From: an uncultured Nitrospiraceae bacterium
Lineage (GTDB): Bacteria > Nitrospirota > Nitrospiria > Nitrospirales > Nitrospiraceae
Assembly (NCBI GenBank): GCA_963730935.1
Contig: CAVSTP010000003.1
Location: 480,001-544,000 of the forward strand
Direction of reading: 5' to 3'
DNA length: 64,000 nt
In this document: positions 58,017-64,000 of the stretch, in pieces
How positions within the stretch are numbered: position 1 is the first letter of the stretch
Layout of the letters: each line of letters begins with the position of its first letter
Made by a program: the position numbers and the translations under genes
Notes under the pieces: model-generated
Seen by the model: the letters and a program-made list of their open reading frames with translations, nothing else
Databases searched by the model: none
What the model was told of the DNA's origin: nothing

Positions 58017-59066
58017 GTGACTCACCCTGCATGGCAAGATCAATTCCGAGATCATCCCACGCTGGGATTCATCGACTGGGTCTTGCGTGGAATCGGCCAG
58101 GTGGTATTCCAGAATAACCCGATTTCTGGAGCCGTGATTCTTGCAGGGATCTTCTACAACTCCTGGATCTACGGCACGGTGTGCCTGTTCGGCACAATTA
58201 TCAGCACGGCCACAGCCCTGTTTTTCAAAGCTGACAAAGGCATGATCAAGGCTGGGCTATTCGGATTCAACGGCGCGTTGATCGCCGTTGCGTTGGTGGC
58301 CTACACGAGTCCCAACTTCACCACAGGCGAGCTGCCCAATCTCTACCTCTGGTGCTATATCGTGCTTTGTGCCGCTTTCACGACGCTGATCATGCCCGCG
58401 TTTGGAGCCTTACTTGGTCCGCACAAAGTGCCGGGTCTGACGATGCCATTCGTGTTGGCCACCTGGTTCTTTCTCGGTGCGTTGTTGCAGTTCACGACGA
58501 TCGACGTCTCGGACGCCCTCAAGCCGACCTCTCCATCCGACTTTACAGGCCCGCGCCCGGACTATACCGGGATCACCTGGTTTCACGGCATCACGATGGG
58601 AATCGCCGAAATCTTTTTCCAGGACAACTGGGTGACTGGCATCGTCATCCTGATCGGCATTGCGATCAACACTCGCATCGGCGCTGTCATGGCGCTCATC
58701 GGATCGACTCTGGCCGTCGCCGCCGCAGTATTTTACGGTGCCCATGACCATGCAATCCGCGACGGCTTGTTCGGATATAACGCTGCGCTGACGGCGATGG
58801 CGCTCGGCGGCATGTTTCTTGTGTTCAACTGGCCCGGCTTCATCTATACGGTCATCGGCGTACTGGTGACTGCACGTGTATGGGCTTCACTCGGCATCTT
58901 TCTGGAACCCACCGGCATGCCGGTGCTGACCTCCGCGTTCGTCTTCGTCACCTGGTTGTTGCTCCTGGCGAGGAATGGGTTCCCCGGGCTGATCCCGGTT
59001 GCGCCGGCTGATGCCACCACGCCGGAGGAGAATCTGGCGAGGTACCGGGCGAGTCAGAAGAAGTAA
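58017..59066 (+). CDS. urea transporter (UT/Yut family channel)
   Basis: Internally duplicated halves GQVVFQNN/AEIFFQDN and GLFGFNG/GLFGYNA; LTMPFVLATW; divergent from ureA. Confidence 0.92.
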   Translation: MTHPAWQDQFRDHPTLGFIDWVLRGIGQVVFQNNPISGAVILAGIFYNSWIYGTVCLFGTIISTATALFFKADKGMIKAGLFGFNGALIAVALVAYTSPNFTTGELPNLYLWCYIVLCAAFTTLIMPAFGALLGPHKVPGLTMPFVLATWFFLGALLQFTTIDVSDALKPTSPSDFTGPRPDYTGITWFHGITMGIAEIFFQDNWVTGIVILIGIAINTRIGAVMALIGSTLAVAAAVFYGAHDHAIRDGLFGYNAALTAMALGGMFLVFNWPGFIYTVIGVLVTARVWASLGIFLEPTGMPVLTSAFVFVTWLLLLARNGFPGLIPVAPADATTPEENLARYRASQKK

Positions 59067-59159
59067 GGAATAACGTTCTTGGGAACACCGCTTCTCCTGC
59101 GCTCTTGCGAAAGTATTGAATGGCAATCGACTGATCGTGCATCTCGCTGGGGAGGAGGT

Positions 59160-59189
59160 TTGACACCCCGTAAGTCGCGGTGCTATTCT
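59160..59189 (+). promoter_or_regulatory. sigma70 promoter of nadE-amtB-glnB-glnD
   Basis: TTGACA(59160-59165)-18 bp-TATTCT(59184-59189) with an extended -10 TG. Confidence 0.75.
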
Positions 59190-59203
59190 CCGCGCACGCA
59201 ATC

Positions 59204-59257
59204 GGAGACAACGGAGTCTCCAGATCACACGGAAACCTCTCACGGACAACGACGTCC
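59204..59257 (+). promoter_or_regulatory. ANTAR-target twin-hairpin RNA element, site 2
   Basis: GGAGAC-AACGGA-GTCTCC (59204-59221) and GGAC-AACGAC-GTCC (59244-59257); A1/G4 hexaloops; loop spacing identical to site 1. Confidence 0.88.
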
Positions 59258-59292
59258 TCGGTCCTAGTTAGGATCAGAGGACGTTTTTTTTT
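59252..59292 (+). terminator. intrinsic terminator (attenuator) in the nadE leader
   Basis: ACGTCCTC-GGTCCT-AGTT-AGGATC-A-GAGGACGT stem with a 9-T run (59284-59292), 4 nt before the nadE ATG. Confidence 0.88.
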
Positions 59293-59296
59293 GCCT

Positions 59297-61069
59297 ATGC
59301 GTACCTTTCGCATTGCCATGGTCCAGATGAATCCCACGGTGGGGGATCTGGACGGCAACGTGCGACGAATCATCGGATGGCTGCGAGAAGCCAAAAAGGC
59401 CAAGCCGGATCTGGTCGCGTTTCCCGAACTGGCCGTGACCGGCTATCCGCCGGAAGATCTGCTCTTGAAGCCGCAGTTCGTTGCAGACAATCGCCGCGCA
59501 TTGAACGAGGTGATTCGCGCCTGCCGTGACGCCGTCGCGGTGGTCGGATACGTCGGGCAAGGGCCTTTGACTGGCCTGCGGGAGGGAGCGGCAGCAGTTC
59601 TGCCGGCCGGTCGACACGAACTGTACAACGCCGCAGCAGTGATTGCCGACCGGAAGCTGGCCATGACGTATGCGAAATGGTACCTGCCCAATTACGGTGT
59701 CTTCGATGAGAGCCGCTACTTCAATCCGGGCTGCCGCCTGCCGCTGGTCACGGTCAAGGGAACCGTGGTTGGTGTGAATATCTGCGAGGACATTTGGCTG
59801 CCGGAAGGGCCTACTCGAGGCCAGGCCAATGCGGGAGCCGAGGTGATCGTCAACATCAATGCGTCGCCGTTCCATGTCGGCAAAAGCCGCTCGCGTGAGG
59901 AGATGCTGGCCACTCGCGCGCGGGACAACCGCGTGATCTTGACTTATACGAATATGGCCGGCGGACAGGATGAATTGATATTCGACGGCAACAGCGTCGT
60001 CATGGATTACACGGGAGAGGTCATCGCCCGTGCGAAGGGATTCGAAGAAGATCTCCTGGTGGTCGATCTCAATGTGGAGGCGGTCGCCAGAGCCAGGACG
60101 GCGGAAGGACGAAAACCCGAGTTGAGCCGAAAAGGGGCGGCCCCGATCGACCGGATCGTATTGAAAGGCGGACCGTCGCCCAGACGAGCCCGCTTGGTCC
60201 CGTCCATGGAGATGCTCGCCGATCCGTTGGACGAGGTCTATCGCGCGCTGACCCTGGGCGTCCGCGACTACGTCAAAAAGAACGATTTCAAGCAGGTGGT
60301 GATCGGTCTGAGCGGCGGGATTGATTCCGCCTTGACGGCTGTAATCGCCGTGGACGCGCTGGGAGCGGACAACGTGCTGGGCGTCTTCATGCCGTCGCCC
60401 TACACCTCTCGGGAAAGCCGTGATGACAGCCAGGAGTTGGCCCGCCGACTGGGGATTGAACTAAAAACGCTTCCGATCACGCCCCCCTTCAAGTCCTATC
60501 TCCAGACGCTCAAACCGGTGTTTGCCGAGACTAACGTTGGTACGACGGAGGAGAATCTGCAGGCGCGCATCCGCGGAAATCTTTTGATGGCGCTGTCCAA
60601 CAAATTCGGTCATCTTGTCCTGACCACGGGGAACAAGAGCGAAATGAGTGTGGGCTATGCCACGCTCTACGGCGACATGGCCGGCGGCTTCGCCGTGATC
60701 AAGGACGTGCCTAAGACGATGGTCTATGAATTGGCACGGCGTCGTAATGGCGTCGGGAACGCCGTGATCCCCAAACGCATTCTCGATCGGGCGCCGACCG
60801 CTGAGTTGCGGCCCCATCAAAAGGACGAGGACAGCCTTCCGCCGTATCCGGTGTTGGATCCGATCCTGAAAGCCTATGTCGAGGACGATCGATCGGTAGA
60901 GGAAATGGTTGAAATGGGATTCGATCGCAAGACCGTGCTGCGCGCCGTAGGACTGGTGGATCGGAGCGAATACAAGCGTCGTCAGGCGCCGGTCGGCATC
61001 AAGATCACGCATCGCGGCCTGGGAAAGGACCGCCGGATGCCGATCACGAACAAGTATCGGGGCCTGTAG
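59297..61069 (+). CDS. nadE: glutamine-dependent NAD+ synthetase
   Basis: Nitrilase-fold domain (FPEL, LPNYGVFDE, ICEDIW) plus synthetase domain (GLSGGIDS, ENLQARIRG, TGNKSE, SEYKRRQ); start at ATG 59297. Confidence 0.97.
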   Translation: MRTFRIAMVQMNPTVGDLDGNVRRIIGWLREAKKAKPDLVAFPELAVTGYPPEDLLLKPQFVADNRRALNEVIRACRDAVAVVGYVGQGPLTGLREGAAAVLPAGRHELYNAAAVIADRKLAMTYAKWYLPNYGVFDESRYFNPGCRLPLVTVKGTVVGVNICEDIWLPEGPTRGQANAGAEVIVNINASPFHVGKSRSREEMLATRARDNRVILTYTNMAGGQDELIFDGNSVVMDYTGEVIARAKGFEEDLLVVDLNVEAVARARTAEGRKPELSRKGAAPIDRIVLKGGPSPRRARLVPSMEMLADPLDEVYRALTLGVRDYVKKNDFKQVVIGLSGGIDSALTAVIAVDALGADNVLGVFMPSPYTSRESRDDSQELARRLGIELKTLPITPPFKSYLQTLKPVFAETNVGTTEENLQARIRGNLLMALSNKFGHLVLTTGNKSEMSVGYATLYGDMAGGFAVIKDVPKTMVYELARRRNGVGNAVIPKRILDRAPTAELRPHQKDEDSLPPYPVLDPILKAYVEDDRSVEEMVEMGFDRKTVLRAVGLVDRSEYKRRQAPVGIKITHRGLGKDRRMPITNKYRGL

Positions 61070-61090
61070 TGGGTGACGGAGAATGTCAGT

Positions 61091-61263
61091 CAGGATGCTC
61101 AAAAAGGCCGCCGTTTTCACCCGCCCCGCCCCCACGCGCCGAGACGCGTCGTTTCCACGAGGAGGCGCAGCGAGAAACGAGGCAGGCGAGAAGCAGCTGA
61201 CGGAGGAGTGCGCGTCCCGGCGCGACGGGGTGGGTGGGTGAGAACAGATTTTTCAGCGTCCTG
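61091..61263. mobile_element. 173-bp MITE-like palindromic element between nadE and amtB
   Basis: Terminal IR CAGGATGCTCAAAAA / TTTTTCAGCGTCCTG (13/15 match); inner IR 61114-61148 versus 61211-61244. Confidence 0.75.
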
Positions 61264-61280
61264 CTACGAGAGGAGGCAGC

Positions 61281-62543
61281 ATGTGTGAGTGGCGTCGTGT
61301 AGGCGCGATGGTGGCTTGGTGGGTCCTCTCCGCATCGACGGTATGGGCCGATCAAACGGCGGAGGCGGTCATCGACAGCGGCGATGTTGCCTGGATGTTG
61401 GCGGCATCGGCGTTGGTCGTCGGAATGATGGTTCCGGGACTGGCGTTCTATTATGGCGGGCTGGTCCGCAGCAAGAATGTCATCAGCACGATGGTTCAGG
61501 CATTCTCGATTCTCTGTGTCGTGAGCCTGGTGTGGCTCCTCTGTGGATTCACGCTGTCGTTCGGCCCCGATCGAGGGGGCGTCATCGGAGGATTGGATTG
61601 GGCGCTCCTCATGGACGTCGGAGCGGCTCCTCATCCGGTCTATGCGCCGGCCTTCCCGCTTCAGGCGTTTATGCTCTTCCAACTGATGTTCGCCGCCTTC
61701 ACGCCTGCGTTGATTGCCGGGGCGTTTGCCGAACGCATCAAGTTCGGCGCAATGCTGCTGTTTGCCGGCCTATGGTCGGTATTCGTCTATACGCCCATTG
61801 CCCATTGGATGTGGGGAAACGGCTGGCTGGCGAGACTCGGTGCGATGGATTTTGCCGGAGGTGCGGTGGTCCATATCAGTGCCGGGTTCAGCGCGATGGC
61901 CTGCGCGATCGCCATTGGAAAGCGACGCGGCTGGCGCACCGATTATATGGCGCCGCACAATCTGCCGTTCATCTTATTGGGCGCGGGCATGTTGTGGCTG
62001 GGCTGGTTCGGATTCAACGGGGGCAGCGCGCGGGGCGCGAATGCCGTGGCGGTGAATGCGGTCACCATGACCCATCTCACGGCGGTCTCTGCCGCGCTGG
62101 CCTGGATGGTGGCGGAGTGGAAGCACCGTGGAAAACCGACGGTGCTCGGCATTGCGAGCGGCGCGGTGGCCGGCTTGGCTAGCTCAACCGCCGCAGCAGG
62201 CTTCATCGGCCCGTTGGCCGCTGTTGTGTTGGGAATGGCCGCAGGAATTTGCTCGTATATGGCAATTGTTTGGAAGGGGAAGATCGGCTATGATGACACG
62301 CTCGACGTGATGGGAACGCATGGCGTCGGCGGCATGCTCGGCATGGTGGGGGTCGGATTGTTTGCAGCGCACGGACATCTGGCGATGCAACTCGCTGCCG
62401 TGGTGGCCACCGCCGCCTTTTCTTTTCTCGGCAGCTACGCGATTTTAAAACTCATTGACGGAGCCATGGGTTTACGCGTGAGTCAAGAAGAAGAGGCGAC
62501 AGGTCTCGACCTGACCCAACACAACGAGCGGGCGTATTCGTGA
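61281..62543 (+). CDS. amtB: ammonium transporter (Amt type)
   Basis: FQLMFA, HWMWG, DFAGGAVVH, GWFGFN, DDTLDV..THG (twin His), C-terminal GLD. Confidence 0.97.
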   Translation: MCEWRRVGAMVAWWVLSASTVWADQTAEAVIDSGDVAWMLAASALVVGMMVPGLAFYYGGLVRSKNVISTMVQAFSILCVVSLVWLLCGFTLSFGPDRGGVIGGLDWALLMDVGAAPHPVYAPAFPLQAFMLFQLMFAAFTPALIAGAFAERIKFGAMLLFAGLWSVFVYTPIAHWMWGNGWLARLGAMDFAGGAVVHISAGFSAMACAIAIGKRRGWRTDYMAPHNLPFILLGAGMLWLGWFGFNGGSARGANAVAVNAVTMTHLTAVSAALAWMVAEWKHRGKPTVLGIASGAVAGLASSTAAAGFIGPLAAVVLGMAAGICSYMAIVWKGKIGYDDTLDVMGTHGVGGMLGMVGVGLFAAHGHLAMQLAAVVATAAFSFLGSYAILKLIDGAMGLRVSQEEEATGLDLTQHNERAYS

Positions 62544-62598
62544 TGCTGAAAATTCACCTCCGCGTTCGGTCATGTGCGCTCCACGCCAACTCCTCTAG

Positions 62599-62946
<348 letters not shown>

Positions 62947-62954
62947 TACCGACC

Positions 62955-64000
62955 ATGGAACTGGAATCCTCCTCCGCCTCCCTTTCACACACGACCAGTA
63001 TCGTCCAGGTGCTTGATGAGCATCGGGCGCTCGTGGCACGCCGCGTGATGGCCGGCGCCTCGGGCGCCGAGACGCTCGCTGCGATGACGGAATTCGTCGA
63101 CGGGTTGATCATCGGGCGGTATCGAGACGCAATGCGACAGGGCGGTGACGAAACGGCGACCGTCGGCATGCAGCAGTGCTGTCTGATGGCCTTGGGCGGC
63201 TATGGGCGGCGTGAGCTGGCGCCACAATCGGATATTGATCTGATGTTTTTGTATCAGGCAGGGTCCGGCAAACCGGTGGAATCGCTCATCCGCGCGGTGC
63301 TGCACCCACTGTGGGATTGCGGATTTCAGGTCGGGCACAGTGTCCGGACCATCGCCGACAGCATCGAGCTGGCGGAAACCGACGCAACCGTGAAGACGTC
63401 CATGATGGAAGCGCGGTTCCTGGCTGGAAGCTCGGACCTCTTTCAGGAGTTTCATCGCAAGTATTGGCGGAAGATTGTGTCCAAGAACAGCGATTTGTAC
63501 CTCGACCAGAAGCTCGAAGAGCGGCGCCGGGAGTATCAGAAATTTGGGGAGACGGTGTATCTGCTGGAGCCGAACGTCAAGAAAAGCAAGGGCGGTCTGC
63601 GGGATCTCCATCTGCTGCAATGGGCGGGCATGGCTCGCTTTCAAGCACCGACCATCCGGGAGCTTTCCGACCGAGGCATCCTTTCGCGGGCGGATTCGCT
63701 GGCGTTGACGGAAGCACGGGAATTCCTGTGGCGCGTGCGTGCGCTTCTCCACGTCCACGCGGGAGCCCCTCAAGAGATCCTCACGTTTGACGAGCAGGTC
63801 TGGCTCGCGCAGCACTTCGGCTATCACGATCAACCGCATTTGCTCGCGGTCGAGCAATTTATGCAGCAGTACTACCAGCACACGATGGGATTGCACGAGC
63901 GCTGCATGCGGTTCGTGGAACGGTGCCGCAGCGTCCCGTTCTGGCAACGCCTGTCCCGCTTTTTGCCAGCTCCTCGAGTCGACGAGTACTTTGTGGTGCG
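62955..64000 (+). CDS. glnD: [protein-PII] uridylyltransferase (3'-truncated; not in the ORF track)
   Basis: Manual translation from ATG 62955: ALGGYGRRELAPQSDIDLMFL, LWDCGFQVGHSVR, LEPNVKKSKGGLRDLH. Confidence 0.94.
   Translation, partial: MELESSSASLSHTTSIVQVLDEHRALVARRVMAGASGAETLAAMTEFVDGLIIGRYRDAMRQGGDETATVGMQQCCLMALGGYGRRELAPQSDIDLMFLYQAGSGKPVESLIRAVLHPLWDCGFQVGHSVRTIADSIELAETDATVKTSMMEARFLAGSSDLFQEFHRKYWRKIVSKNSDLYLDQKLEERRREYQKFGETVYLLEPNVKKSKGGLRDLHLLQWAGMARFQAPTIRELSDRGILSRADSLALTEAREFLWRVRALLHVHAGAPQEILTFDEQVWLAQHFGYHDQPHLLAVEQFMQQYYQHTMGLHERCMRFVERCRSVPFWQRLSRFLPAPRVDEYFVV

Noticed and set aside
59180..59296. 39-codon N-terminal extension of NadE in the ORF track
   Set aside because: It overlaps the promoter, ANTAR hairpins and terminator; family similarity begins at MRTFRIA (ATG 59297).
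61073..61288. Small ORFs in repeat-containing spacers (61073-61288, 44832-45047, 49448-49708, 49575-49757)
   Set aside because: They lie within palindromic repeats, have low-complexity Arg/Pro/Gly-rich translations and no convincing SD.

Overview
Bacterial chromosomal window, probably from a Nitrospira-like organism. This taxon is inferred from gene content and protein style, not from a search. 1-27.1 kb is the core rpoBC / str / S10 / spc / alpha transcription-translation superoperon. 27.2-38.6 kb holds lptCAB-rpoN-hpf-rapZ, pilMNOPQ and aroB. 38.6-64 kb is a nitrogen-acquisition region: a GAF-GAF-ANTAR RNA-binding regulator, two paralogous lipoprotein genes (one broken by three +1 frameshifts), a porin-urtABCDE operon, an inverted Yersinia/Brucella-ure2-like urease cluster (ureABCEFGD) with a divergent Yut/UT urea channel, and nadE-amtB-glnB-glnD. 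Main discovery: the porin-urtABCDE and nadE-amtB-glnB-glnD operons both start with a sigma70 promoter followed by the same twin-hairpin motif (GAC-AAYGRN-GTC twice, loop starts exactly 38 nt apart at both sites). In each, the second hairpin overlaps an intrinsic terminator ending in 9 T. This is the classic ANTAR antitermination architecture, and the likely cognate protein is encoded about 2 kb upstream of the first site. It points to an RNA-level nitrogen regulon that controls urea uptake, ammonium uptake and the PII/GlnD sensor itself. A modular family of long intergenic palindromes/MITE-like elements also punctuates these operons. No rRNA, tRNA, CRISPR array or transposase was recognised.
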